DNA from: Squalus acanthias
Lineage: Eukaryota
NCBI GenBank assembly: GCA_030390025.1
Contig: CM059432.1
Coordinates: 31,188,001 to 31,252,000, forward strand
Direction: 5' to 3'
DNA: 64,000 bases
Under the pieces are notes generated by a model. That model was not told the DNA's origin and made no database searches. It worked only from the letters and a program-made list of their open reading frames with translations. Made by a program: the position numbers and the translations under genes. Shown in pieces: positions 51,513 through 64,000 of this stretch (the stretch's first letter is position 1; each line of letters starts with the position of its first letter).

Positions 51513-52406
51513 GGGGGAGAAATTCAGTATCGCCCCATTTGGGGCGCAATTATCGGCCGGGCGCAAAGATTAGCGCCTGTCGCTAATTATCGCCACCGAC
51601 TGCAAACTTGACTTTTATCGCCCCTGGAGGTGATTGCAGCGCTATATCAGGCGCTTCACACCTGTCTTAAGGCGCAAAGGCCGAGGAGCGAGGCGCTACC
51701 TCAGAGCGCTGGCGAAGTTCATGTAATGTCAGTCAGCAATGGAACACACACACAATGGCACGGGCCAGTTCTTAAAGGGGATGGTTAATCTTGCTTTCCA
51801 TCCACATCCTGCTCATTGCAGCCTTGAATCTCGGCCTGGAGAGACCTGCACATCAAATGTGCTGGAAAGAACAATGGAGAGTACCAGGCAAAGAGCTCAG
51901 AGTGCAGCCCCCACAGTCTCTGCTAAATCGATACAAGGAATGGCAAATCAAAATGAACCTGCAAAGTGCTGCTCAGTACCCAAAACTCCTTCACACAACG
52001 TTGAATCTCTCCAGAAGTCTCTCCCTCTCTCTCTCAGAATGCGTAGTTCAAAAATGGCACCAACAATAAAAGGCAGGAAGCGGTCACCTTTAAATAGCGC
52101 TCCCCCTTTCCCTTCATGACTGCAGAACGCTCCCCTCAACCTGTCGTTGCTAGCGTCAGGCGGTAAGGCAGGGGGCGCCACTCAATATCCGCTCCGGGGC
52201 GATACCGGGGCGTTGCGCACTCAAGTGACGTCATGATCTGCCGGCGCAGGAGATCGTGGCGGTAGTGTTTAGCGCCGCCGCAAAATGTCTAGTTAATTTC
52301 GCGAGCGGCGCTAACTTCGCCGCGCCCGGGCGCTAGATGCTTTGCGCCCCATTAGCGCCCTCTTAAGGCGCTAACGGGAGGCGCAACCAACTGAATTTTT
52401 CCCCCC
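51513..52406 (+). mobile_element. ~890-bp non-autonomous Harbinger, copy 4
   Basis: TIRs GGGGGAGAAATTCAGT / ACTGAATTTTTCCCCC; TSD CAA (or CCAA). Confidence 0.92.
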
Positions 52407-53119
52407 CAAGTCTTTCTAGTTGGTGATTCATTTATTTTCAATGGTGACTCGTTCTTGTTTGACTCTTTCTTGTCCTGCTCCTAATTCTTATGTTCTTATG
52501 GCTAATTCCGGAGCATCAGTGCTGCCGTTTTCCTTCAATCTGCCTCTCTTACTCCACGATGTGTTAAAGGACAGATTTTGTATGAAGATTATCTGAGTGT
52601 TAGCAAAGATTTGACATGAAAACAGGTCAGTTGAGCTGATGAGCAGGTTGTGGCTCATAGTGACTATTTTTAGTTCCATGGGAATGTATTTTTTTCATTT
52701 ATAAAAGAACAGTTGACAGGATGTGGCATCACGAGCTTTCACTAAGTTAAAGGAAGGGAAGATTGGCTGCGTGCTTGCCTACACAATATTTAGTCAAACA
52801 ACATACAATTTTACAGCACAGAAAGGAATCATTTGACCTATTGTGCCTGTGCCAGCTCTTTGAAAGAGCTATCTACTTACTCCCATTCCTTTGCCCTTTA
52901 CTCATAGCATTTTCTATTTTTCTTTTTCCAAACATGTATTAACATCCCTTTAAAAAGCTACTATGAATTCTGCTGCTGCCACTGTTTCTGTTAGGGTATC
53001 CATGATCTAACAACCATCTGTGTTCGTAAATCTCTCCTAATCTCACAGCACTTCAAAATAACTTATTGTATATGAAGTACTTTGAGAATTCTCTGAGAAA
53101 TATGGTCAGGTGCAATCTA

Positions 53120-53610
53120 GGGTATGGTGGTATAGTCGTTATGTTCCTGGACTTGAAATCCTGAGAATGTCAATTCAAATCCCACCATGGCAGTTTGAGT
53201 ATTTGAATCCAGTTTTAAAAATCTGGAAATAAAAAGTTGGTATCAGTAAAAGTGACCATGAAGCTGGTGGATTTTTGTAAAAACCGAACTGGTTCACTAA
53301 CCTTCTTTACGGAAGGAAACCTGCCATTCTTATCCAGTCTGCCCTATACGTGACTCCAGTCCACCACCAAACTGGTTGACTCTTAGCTTTGCAGAGCAGT
53401 CTCGAGGGGCCAAGTGGCCTACTCCTGCTCCTATTTTTTATGTATTTCTTATGTTAGCTGCACTCTGAAGTGGCCCAGCAAGCTCAGTTGTATCAAACCA
53501 CTACAGTGGTTTAAGAAGAAGGCCCACCACCATCACCTTCTCAAGGCAACTAGAGATGAGCAATAAATGCCAGCCTTACCAGCAACAGACATATCTCAAG
53601 AATAAATAAT
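53120..53610 (+). mobile_element. tRNA-derived SINE with a 3' end resembling the LINE at 58035-60770; small CR1 tail inside
   Basis: tggtatagtcg A-box-like and ttcaaatccc B-box-like motifs; cccaccac...ccttctcaaggcaactag...caataaatgcc tail. Confidence 0.6.
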
Positions 53611-55769
53611 AAAAGAAAATATTTCTTCAATCACAAGTAATGGTTAAAAAAAGGTCATAGAGTTTAACATTCTTGGTACTATTTTTAAATTCTTGCTACG
53701 TAACATCTCAGAGATTCTAGTTTATTTTGCATTACATACTCCTGGGTGATCAAAAGATCAAGGTAATTAATTATGCAAACAGATAAGAATGTATGGTGTG
53801 ATAAAGGTTATATAGAAATCAAGTTCATAGTCTTGAATCACCAAGCAAGTCAAAATCTGAGAGAGCAGCATGTGAAAGGAATCAGTGTTCGAGAGCTGTT
53901 AACTACTTTATTGAAATTCTAATGACTGTCATTGTGAAATGACTAAAGAGTTTGTGGGTTAAGCGCAAGTCAATCTGAGGTTAATAGTCCCACCCACCCC
54001 TCATAGACAATCAAATTACTTAATTAATCTCGCTCCTAACCATTCACTGTGACCTTCATCAAGGCTGCTGGGATCACGACACACTCAGAAAGTAATCTCG
54101 CAGCATTAACATTTTTATAAAGAGCTGCATTACTTACCATGAAGTCCAAGGTGTCACTTTGTATGGGGCTGAGAAAAGATATTACCACTATCCAACTGTC
54201 TAATAGAATAGGTTACTATGAGATCATTCCCTTTACAGTTGCTCTCAATTCCCTGTGCATACCTAGATGTGCAATCCCAGATTTTTTTTAATCAATTATA
54301 TGTTTGTTCATTCCTGAAAATTACCAATTTTCCCATTCCTGGGATCTTGTCTTCTTCTAAGTATAGAACAAAAATAGATGTTTCCTCCCTGTAGCCTCAC
54401 GGTGTTGAACCAAAGGGGTGATTCCGCAATATGGCCAGCTGAACATGGAGCACATGTTGCCAGCTGAACACGGAGCACAGGTTGGGAAATCACAGGCTGT
54501 GGGCCTGCAAATTCCCAATCTGTGCTCCCTGTGAGTGCCACTCCCCATAGGGAGCACTGGATTGTGGAATCGCCCATCAAGAATCATCCTGCTCAAACTC
54601 ATTCCTTCCCCGGACCTTAAAACTGTCAATTCCTTGACTCCCTCAGTCTTCCCTTGCTCCTACAACCAAGCGAGGTGCCATCTGACTCCTACTTCTTGAT
54701 TTATTGCAACTTCTCTCCTGCTCTGTTGAACTGTGGTGGATCTCTGCACTGTGGGCCGTGAACCCTCCACTTCCCCAATTCAAAAAGAGCTTGACTGAGC
54801 CCAATTCTTTCAGGTACAGTTTGAACTATCGTGGATTCCCCTTAACTAATTTATATAGAATTACATGGCAATTCCAACACAGGAACTGGCCGTTCGGCTC
54901 AACCAGTCGGTGTTGGTGTTTATCCTATTCCTAGTCCTAATCACATGTGCCCTCCAACCCCCCGCCACCTGTTCCTATATCCCTGTATCCCCTTTCTTTC
55001 AACCACCTACCTAACCTATGACATGGTCTCTGCTTCAATCACCAACTCCAGTAGTTCATTCCAAAGCTTCACAATCCTCTGTGTTAAAAAGTTTCTCCTG
55101 CCCTCTGGCCTAAACCTCTTACATTTAAGCCGCGATTTTAACTCAGGACAAGTGGCGAGCGTGGGGCCGGTGGGGCGAGAGTCAAGGTCGCCCCAGCTCA
55201 CTGTGTTCCAGCATTTCCTATGTTCCTAAGTCACATGGCTTCTTACCGCGTGTAATCTTCTGGGAAGAGGCTTTGTGCTGTGAATTGGTATGAACTATGT
55301 TAGCCTTATTTTTCCATTTCTTTCTCTCAGGAGAATAAGGTGAAATTGTAGTGACACTTTCAGTTTGATGTAAAGCAGATTTGGCTGCGCGTCAAAGTAT
55401 AAGTGACAGCATAAGTCTGGAGTCAGGCCCAAACTGACTCCAGAATTATCGGCACATTTGAGCTCATTAGTGACAGACAGTGGGGAATGCAACATATTCT
55501 TTGATTAAATCCAGTGCCGTTACCAGTGACTTTGAACTCATGCATGATACCACTCAGATACAGAGGCAAACAACCATTTCATTTCACCAGCAAATCAGGC
55601 ATTGCAAGCACACTCTTTATGAATTCACCAATGTGATGTTTTCCACCACTCGATCCATCTTTATGCTTGTCTGAGTGGCATTGCTATATCAGTGTCAATT
55701 GATATGGGTATGTGTGTAAGGACCAAGGGGTAGGAATGTAAGGATTTTTTGGAACAGGTAAGAACCATT

Positions 55770-56113
55770 AGGCCGCCAAGCACATCACTTTTTGATTGAT
55801 CTCACTCCCGGAACTTGCGGTCTGTCAAGAATCTTCTTGACAGATTCTCCGCATCCCCGAGAGAAGGGCCTCTGCGGGTGGAGAGTTATGCTATTTGCCC
55901 AACTTCCGCCCGCTGAATGCCTGTGAAATTCTTACGCCCGTGAAATTCTTACGCCTGATAACCGCATGCGCCCCTGGGATACATGGGCCTCTGTCCACGT
56001 GTACCCGGAGAGGCCCAGGATCCATACCTCCCGGGCCACCAGGTAAATGTGTAGATTTTTTACAGGTCGGAGGCATCCTCCTGCGGGAAGCCTCCGATCG
56101 CAAATTTTGGGCC
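55770..56113. mobile_element. Deleted relative of MITE 17249-17997
   Basis: Shared tctgtcaaga...tcttgacaga palindrome and gggcctctgcgggtggagagtt; ends ccgatcgcaaattttgggcc. Confidence 0.6.
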
Positions 56114-56601
56114 ATCTTGTTTGGTCATTTATACTGTTTACTGGCCTTCCCTTTTGAGCTTTTGGTAAAAAAAATAACAGATGACTTCCCCCTTACTCTT
56201 CTTATTTCCAGTTAATGGTATTTGAACCTTTAACTACAATAATAATTCTGAAGCTTACTGGAATATTCAGGCTGTCCTCACAGCAAACCACTTTGTGTCA
56301 TGCTATGGGCAGTATTGAGCCCAAGGGAACACATGGTAGGATGCATCAGCTTGGACGAAAATCATCAGTCGACATGGAAGACAAGATATGATCTAACTAT
56401 TGTGGAAAATTTATTTTCACCGACATGTAAAATTGTAAATTTTCCTTTACCATATTGTTTGCTCAGCCCATATACTCTTAGTGACATCTATCTTACCATC
56501 CAGTGCTTGTGTGAGTATGAAGACTGGGCCTTTACTATATTGCCCAAGGAATCCCAATCTATTAAGCATTGTGCCTAAATTATATTTATGTTGTGCTCTA
56601 T

Positions 56602-57003
56602 CATAAGAACATAAGAAATAGGAGCAGGAATAGGCCACTTGGCCCCTCGAGCCTGCTCCGCCATTCAATAAAATCATGGCTGATCTTGGGCTCAAAGCCA
56701 CTTCCCCGCCCGCTCCCCATAACCCTTCACTCCCTTATCTTGCAAAAGTTTGTCTATCTCCACCTTAAATGTATTTAATGACCCAGCCTCCACAGCTCTC
56801 TGGGGCAGAGAATGCCACAGATTTACGATCCTCTGAGAGAAGAAATTCCTCCTCATCTCAGTTCTAAAAGGGCGACCCTTTATTCTAAATCTGTGCCCCC
56901 GCATTCTAGATTTCCCCACGAGGGGAAACATCCTCTCTGCCTTGTCGTGCCCCCTCAGTATCTTATATGTTTCAATAAGATCACCTCTCATTCTTCTAAA
57001 TTC
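56602..57003 (-). mobile_element. CR1 3' fragment
   Basis: ORF 56692-57036. Confidence 0.85.
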
Positions 57004-57149
57004 TCCATCGTATTGAAACATCTTGATGCACCACACAATTAATTACTTTTTGGAGTTGAGTCACTTGTTATGTAGGCAAATTCAGCACCCAATCTGCAGC
57101 AGCAAAGTGGTGTTGAATTGAGGGAGGAATGTTGACCAGGACATAAAGA

Positions 57150-57765
57150 GAACACAGGAGTAGGCCATTCAGCTCCTTGAGCCTGCTCCACCATTCAATT
57201 AGATCGTGGCTGATCTGTACCTCAACTCAAGTTTTCCCGCTTTGCTCCATATCCTTGGATACCCTTACCCATCAAAAATCTATTGATCTCGGTCTTGAAA
57301 GCTTCAATTGACCTGCATTCACAGCCTTTTAGGGAGAGTGAGTTCCTGATTTCTACTACCCATTGTGTGAAGAAGTGCTTCTTGATTTCACTCTTGAATG
57401 GCCTGGCTCTAATTTTAAGATTGTGCCAATTTGTTCTGAATTCCCCCACCAGAGGAAATAATTGCTCTATATCTACTCCATCCAATCCTTTCATCATTTT
57501 AAACACCTCAATTAGATCACCCCTCAATTTTCTAAATGCAAGGGAATACAAACCATGTTTATGCAATCTGTCCTCATAATTTAACCCTTTAATCACTGGT
57601 ATAATTCTGGTGAATATGTTCTGTACGCCCTCCAAGACCAATATATCCTTCCTGAGTTGCGGTGCCCGGAATGGATCGCAGTGATCCAGCTGGGGTCTGA
57701 CCAAGGCTTTATACAATTGAAGTATAAACTCCTCCCCTTTGTATTCCAGCCCCCGTAAGAGAAGA
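57150..57765 (-). mobile_element. Older CR1 3' fragment
   Basis: ORF 57222-57716. Confidence 0.82.
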
Positions 57766-58034
57766 TTGGGAAGACACTGGAATCATTTTGCCAGGAAACT
57801 GGGATTAGTTTTGGATTTCTCCAGCAAAGAGCACAAAAACAATGGTTAAAATCGAGGTCAATGGGGCAAATGGCCTCCCTCTGTAGGTCGAACTCCTTAC
57901 TCCTCTTCAAACAGTTTCACTGGATCTTTAACACTGGAATGGGGGACACCAGGCATTGACTTAACTGATCATCTAAAATTAATCTAAGACAGAAAATAAC
58001 TAAATAGGGGGTGCACACTGAAGCAGAAACAAGC

Positions 58035-60770
58035 TTTTTTTTTTATTTGTTCATGGGAAGGTGGTGGTGAGCTGCCTTCTTGAACCGCTGCAGTCCATGT
58101 GGCGAAGGTACTCCCACAGTGCTTTTAGGGAGAGAGCTCCAGGATTTTGATCTAGCAACAATGAAGGAACGGCGATATACTTCCAATTCAGGATGGTGTG
58201 TGACTTGGAGGGGAACTTGGAGGTGGTGGTGTTCTCATGCGCCTGCTGCCCTTGCCCTTCTAGGTGTTAGAGGTCGCGGGTTTGGGAGATGCTGCCGAAG
58301 AAGCCCTGGTGAGTTGTTGCAGTGCATCTTGTAGATGGTACACACTGCAGCCACGGTACACAGGTGGTGGAGGGAGTGAATGTTTAAGGTGGTGGATGGG
58401 GTGCCAATCAAATGGGCTGCTTTGTCTTGGATGGTGTCGAGCTTCTTGAGTGTTGTTGGACCTGCAGTCATCCAGGCAAGTGGAGAGTATTCCATCACAC
58501 TCCTGATTTGTGCCTTGTAGATGGTGGAAAGGCTTTGGGGAGTCAGGAGGTGAGACACTCGCCGCAGAATTCCCAGCTTCTGACCTGCTTTTGTTGCCAC
58601 AGCATTTATGTGGCTAGTCCAGTTAAGTTTTTGGTCAATGGTGATCCCCAGGATATTGATGGTGGGGGATTCGGCGACGGTAATGCCGTTGAATGTCAAG
58701 GGGCGGTGGTTAGACGCTCGCTTGTTGGAGATAGTCATTGCCTGGCACTTGTGTGGCATGAATGTTACCTGCCACTTATCAGCCCAAGCCGGAACGTCGT
58801 CCAAGTCTTGATGCATGCGGGCATGGACTGCTTCATTATCTGAGGAGTTGTGAATGGAACTGAACACTGTGCAGTCATCAGCGAACATCCCCATTTCTGA
58901 CCTTATGTTGGAGGGAAGGTCATTGATGAAGCAGCTGAAGATGGTTGGGCCTAGGGCACTGCCCTGAGGAATTCCTGCAGTGATGTTCTGGGGCTGTGAT
59001 GCTTGACCTCCAACCACCACAACCATCTTTATTTGTGCTAGGTGAAGCATTTTTCCCCCCCATTGATTTCAGTTTTATTCCTTGATGCCACACTCAGTCA
59101 AATGCTGCCTTGATGTCAAGGGCAGTCACTCTCACCTCACCTCTGGAATTCAGCTCCTTTGTCCATGTTTGGACCAAGGCTGTAATGAGGTCTGGAGCCA
59201 AGTGGTCCTAGCGGAACCCAAACTGGGCATCAGTGAGCAGCTTATTGGTGAATAAGTGCTGCTTGATAGCACTGTCGATGACAGTGTAGACAGAGTAGAC
59301 TGATGGGGCGGTAATTGGCTCCATTGGATTTGTACTGCTTTTTGTGGACAGGACATACCTGGGCAATTTTCCACATTGTTGGATAGATGCCAATGTTATA
59401 GCTGTACTGGAACAGCTTGGCTAGAGGCACAGCTAGTTCTGGAGCACAAGCCTTCAGCACAACAGCTGAGATGTTGTCGGGGCCCATAGCCTTTGCTGTA
59501 TCCAGTACGCTCAGCCATTTCTTGATATCATGTGGAATGAATCGATTTCGCTGAAGACTGGCTTCTGTGGTGGTGGGGACCTCAGGAGGAGGCCGATATG
59601 GATCATCCACTCAGCACTCTGGCTGAAGATGGTTGCAAACGCTTCAGCTTTGTCTTTTGCACTCACATGCTGGGCTCCACCATCATTGAGGATGGGGATA
59701 TTCATGGAGCCTCCTCCTCCTGTTATTTGTTTAATGGTCCACCACCATTCACGACTGGATGTGGCAGGACTGCAGAGCTTTGATCTGATCTGTTGATTGT
59801 GGGATCGCTTAGCTCTGTCTATAGCATGCTGCTTCCGCTTTTTAGCATGCATGTTGTCCTGTGTTGCAGCTTTCCCAGGTTGGCACATCATTTTTAGGTA
59901 TGCCTGGTGCTGCTCCTTTACACTCCTTGTTGAACCAGGGTTGGTCCCCTGGCTTGATGGTAGAGTGAGGGATATGCCAGACCATGAGGTTACAGATTGT
60001 GTTGGAATACAATTCTGTTGCTGGCCCACAGCGCCTCATAGATACCCAGTTTTGAGCTGCTAGATCTGTTCTGAATCTATCCCATTTAGCACGGTGGTAG
60101 TGCCACACAACACGATGGAGGGTGTCCTCAGTGTGAAGACAGGACTTCGTCTCCACAATTACTTTGCGGTGGTCACTGCCACCAATGCTGTCATGGACAG
60201 ATGCATCTGCGACAGGTAGATTGGTGAGGACGAGGTCAAATAGGTTTTTCTCAGGCCCAGACTGCCAGCTCGGTCAGTTGTGGTGCTACTAAGCCACTCT
60301 TGGTGATCGACATTGAAATCCCCCACCCAGAGTACATTCTGTGCCCTTGGTACTCTCAGTGCTTCTTCCAAGCGGTGTTCAACATGGAGGAGTACTGATT
60401 CATCAGCAGGAGGTTTCCTTGTCCATGCTTGACCTGAAGCCATGAGACTTCTTGAGGTCTGGAGTCAATGTTGAGGAGTCCCAGAGCCACTCCTTCCCAA
60501 CTGTATACCACTGTGCCGCCACCCCTCGTGGGTCTGTCCTGCCGTTGGGACAGAACATACCCAGGGGTGGTGATGGAGGAGTTTGGGACATTGGCTGAAA
60601 GGTATTGTTTCTGTGAGTATGACTATAACTAGTCTGTGGGACAGCTCTCCCAATTTTGGCACAAGTCCCCATATGTTGGTGAGGATGACTTTGCAGGGTC
60701 AGCTGGGCTGGGTGTGCCGTTGTCGTGTCCGTAGCCGATGCCGGGGGCGATCCAGTTTTATTCTTATTGT
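58035..60770 (-). mobile_element. Non-LTR retrotransposon of the CR1/L2 group, distinct from the HER1 type; degenerate APE-RT ORF2
   Basis: VILTET, WVGDFNV, KAMGPD, APELAVPLAKLFQ, NYRPISLL, GIPQGSALGP, MFADD. Confidence 0.88.
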
Positions 60771-60789
60771 TTTTCATAGCGATTTTTTA

Positions 60790-61070
60790 CAACCGAGTGG
60801 CTTGCTAGGGCAGTTAAGAGTCCAACCACATTGCTGGAGTCACATATAGGTCAGATCAAGTAAGGATGGCAGATTTCCTTCCAGATGGGTTTTTATGACA
60901 ATAGTTTCATAGTCACCATTACTGATACTAGCTTTTTACCAGATTTATTTAATTAACTGAATTTAAATTCCCCAGCTGCTATGGTGGGATTTGAACTCAC
61001 GTCCACTGAATCATTAATCCAGGCCTCTGGATTACTAGTCCAGTAACATAACCACTATGCTACCGTTCCC
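60790..61070 (-). mobile_element. tRNA-derived SINE (family of 53120-53610)
   Basis: ccagtaacataaccactatgctaccg head on the minus strand. Confidence 0.6.
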
Positions 61071-61461
61071 GTCAAATCTGAGGTAATATCCTTTTTATCT
61101 TAATGGAGATTTGTCTGAAAGAACCTGCAATAAACAGTTAAGAAATGCCACTCAGCACAGTATTCAATTCTTCGAGTTGCTAAGGGAACATCAAGAGATT
61201 ATTTCTCAGCAACAAGACAATGTGACTGACTCTGATGTGAGGAGGCAGCAGGATCATTCAGATCAGCTAATCTCAGAGCCATATAGCAAAAAGAACAGCA
61301 GTAAATATTACAGAGCATACTAAGTCAGTGACTGAAAGCATTCACTGACTAAAAGATGAGAGGAGGCACAGCACTCGGCCTTTTGTCAAAGGAGAAGATA
61401 AGAGTTTTTGCATGTGCTTGAATAAAAAATCAAGTTTAAGAGGAATAATAAAATATCCCTG

Positions 61462-61748
61462 ACAAAGGGTAGGCCATTCAGGACTGAGATGAGAAGAAAT
61501 TTCTTCACACAAAGGGTGGTGAATCTTTGGAATTCTCTACCCCAGAGGGCTGTGGAGGCTCAGTCATTGGGTATATTCAAAACAGAAGTCGATAGATTTC
61601 TGACTAGTAAGGGCATCAAGGGATATGGCGATAGGGCCGGTGAATGGAGTTGAGGCAGAAGATCAACCATGATCTCATTGAATGGCGGAGCAGGCTCGAA
61701 GGGCCGAATGGCCTACTCCTGCTCCTATTTCTTATGTTCTTATGTTCT
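61462..61748 (+). mobile_element. CR1 3' end
   Basis: FFTQRVVNLWNSLP, 3' UTR, (TTATGTTC)n. Confidence 0.85.
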
Positions 61749-61789
61749 AAGCAAATGCATTTTTTAATACTGAATGTTACAATAAGTAG

Positions 61790-61940
61790 TTGACCTCTCC
61801 AATGGTTTAGTGGATAAGAGCACAGCCATACATGTGAAGAAAGTCTCCAGTTCACTCCCCAGTCTACATTGGATTAGTTAATCGCAGCTAAGGGACATTA
61901 AGAGTGCTACAGTTGGCCTCAGTACCCTTGAAATAGTGCT
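61790..61940 (+). mobile_element. AmnSINE2-like SINE 5' part
   Basis: tggtttagtgg A-box-like; gctacagttggcctcagtacc. Confidence 0.45.
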
Positions 61941-62153
61941 GGGCAGTATAATGTGTCAACAAGCTAACCCATTTAAAACAGTGGATAAAGGAGCTTCACA
62001 TGAATGCTGTGTTTATAAGCAAATGTCAGACTGCACAATTTAAATCCCGACAGATGACGAATGGGCTGATGGGAGCTGTGGAATCGTGCCCCAACATGGG
62101 ACATGCTTTCAGGAGAGGAAAGGAGAATAGGGGACAAAATTTATAGAATCACC

Positions 62154-63912
62154 GGGGGTGGAATTGGGCTTGTTAGCGCCTGTTTTTTGGGCTCTACGAG
62201 GCCCCTTAAGGTTCCAAAATGGCATCCATGGTGCGCGCACACACTTCAGGCGTGCAGTGTGCCAGACACCATATTGGTAAAGGGCTCCACGCACCAGCCT
62301 ACAGCTTCTCTTAACCTCCCACAGCTGAACACACGTTCAATGGCATGAAGGATCCCCCACCAGCACTATTTAAAAGGATCATCAAATAATTACAGGTTAG
62401 TTGCTGGATTGTTTCTTCTGGCTGTTGCAGCAATTCTACACATTTTGGGTGCATTTCCATACTTGTTAAAAGTTTCAATAATCTACAGGTCTGGCTGGTG
62501 CTGAAGTACTTTTTTGATGACTTAAAGGCTTGTGCACAAATTAGTTGCTTCCAGACATGGGTGGCCTAGTACAGCTTCCTCTTAGTATTAGCTTGACTGA
62601 AAGAATGAGCAGATGCCACGCAGAGTAGGACAAGCTGCTAGAAGAGGGAGAAGGAGGAGGGGGGGGGAAAAGGGCTCTCAGCAGGAGGCCATATCCGCAG
62701 AGCAGATCTGTTGGAGAACAGGTTGCAAGATTGCTGTGACGCCCTGGAAGCCCCTTTGTACCCTGGTAGCCAAAGCCATGATGGCAGCAGTCTGAGGTTT
62801 CATGGCAGCAAGCTGAGATTGCATGGCAGCAGTCTGAGTTTCCACTGCACCATTCAGACATTGGGTGGCTTCTGCTTGTGCTGCAGTAGAAGCTGAGACA
62901 TTAGCCATCAGGCGCTGCATCATGGTTGGCTTCACAGGTGTGTTGATAGAGGTGGCTACCTGTTCCATGTTGAAAAAAATGGGCTCCAAGCTCGGTGCAA
63001 AGCCCTGTGCCAAGTTGGTGCTGGACTCCTCCATGCTCCTTGACATTGAACGCAGTCCTTCTGGCAGGCTTTCCAGTGCACCAAGCATTTGGGTGTGTAC
63101 ACCCATCAGCCTTCTCCTGTAGCCTGGCCTATCGACGTCAACATCTGCAGCAGAACTAGTGTGCAACCTCGCCCTCTAACAAGCTTGCACCTGCGCTATC
63201 CTTTCCCCCAGACCTGGCTCCAGCGCACTTGTGCAGATCCCACCTCCATGCTATCCTTTAAATTACGTGCAGTGTCAGTATCTGAGCTGGTGGCTGCAAC
63301 CGTGCAATCGGGTGGCAGTGTGTCTTAATCTTCACTGTCTTCTTGCTCTTCCTCCACTGCCTGGGTAGGTTCCAGTTCTTGGGTATCTAAAAGGGAAAAG
63401 GGACAAGGGTAGGGTTGTGGTGAGGGGAGAGGAGAAAGTAAGGAGTGCATGCTTACACCACCAGCACTTCTCAGTCCGAAGAGATGTTGGATGAGGGAGA
63501 AGTGCGATGAGAGAAGGGGGATTAGGTATAAGGATACCGTCATCTTCAATGACTCCAATCCCACTGGTGGCCACGGCCTCAGCAATGGCCCTTCCCATAA
63601 TGGCCAGCACTGTCTCCTCCTTGGGAAGTCAGAACATGCAGCGGCACCTCTCCCCCTCCGGTTAGTTCCGGATTTTTCCAGTTGCGCGCCACCTTCTCCT
63701 GCAAGAGAAAGGGAAGAGTATCAGTCGTGCAGGCTAACTTTAAGAAGTGCAAGTTACTAACGATATTGGCCCCCCTGTTGCTGCGTACAGCCAATGAACA
63801 GTGCAGGAAGTGCTGGCGGCATGCAGAAATCATTATAATGAGCAGGCAGCACGAAGTTGGTGATGCGCGATTAACCCACGCCTGGTTTTGGGGGCTAACC
63901 AATTTATAGCCC
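62154..63912. mobile_element. Internally deleted Harbinger D, orientation reversed relative to 20467-24058
   Basis: TIR-like GGGGGTGGAATTGG / CCAATTTATAGCCC; transposase start MGGLVQLP...RRPYP on + (62557); Myb-partner exons 2-3 on - (HTSSAA...YRRRLMG...MEESSTNLAQGFA). Confidence 0.82.
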
Positions 63913-64000
63913 CATGAATCCTACAGCACAGAAGGAGGCCATTCAGCCCATCGTGCTTGTGCCAGCTCTTTGAATGAGCTGTCCAATTTAGTCCCACACC
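63913..64000 (-). mobile_element. CR1 3' end, its tail apparently split by Harbinger D
   Basis: gaatcctacagcacagaaggaggccattcagccc; atagaatc remnant left of 62154. Confidence 0.6.

Noticed and set aside
54138..54168. Possible minus-strand micro-exon (ttttctcag ... gtaagt)
   Set aside because: Good splice signals but no recognisable peptide or partner exons
54434..54483. 25-bp direct duplication ccagctgaaca.ggagcaca.gttg
   Set aside because: Two copies only; simple slippage with no supporting context
4213..64000. Exons of GARS1, which lies tail-to-tail with CRHR2 in mammals
   Set aside because: No GARS1-like peptide recognised in the window

Overview
This is eukaryotic vertebrate DNA, almost certainly from a cartilaginous fish (shark or ray), judged by HER1/CR1 LINEs, HE1 V-SINEs, SacSINE1-like DeuSINEs and a fish-type CRHR2 sequence. 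The only host-gene coding sequence I can support is the last coding exon of CRHR2 (4072-4212, +), followed by a probable 3' UTR. The rest is transposon-dense intergenic DNA. It holds many CR1 LINE pieces (one essentially full length, with Zn-finger/esterase ORF1 and APE-RT ORF2), RTE and L2/CR1-group LINEs, a Penelope-like element with a GIY-YIG domain and a minimal hammerhead ribozyme motif, several SINE families and a 47-bp minisatellite. There is also a rich PIF/Harbinger system: one decayed two-gene element (spliced Myb/SANT-like gene plus HARBI1-like transposase), three deleted relatives, four young ~890-bp non-autonomous copies and several other MITEs. The 26.4-39.9 kb region is a five-level nested insertion stack that can be reconstructed from target-site duplications. 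Family names come from recognising the sequence, not from database searches, and most boundaries of old repeats are approximate.
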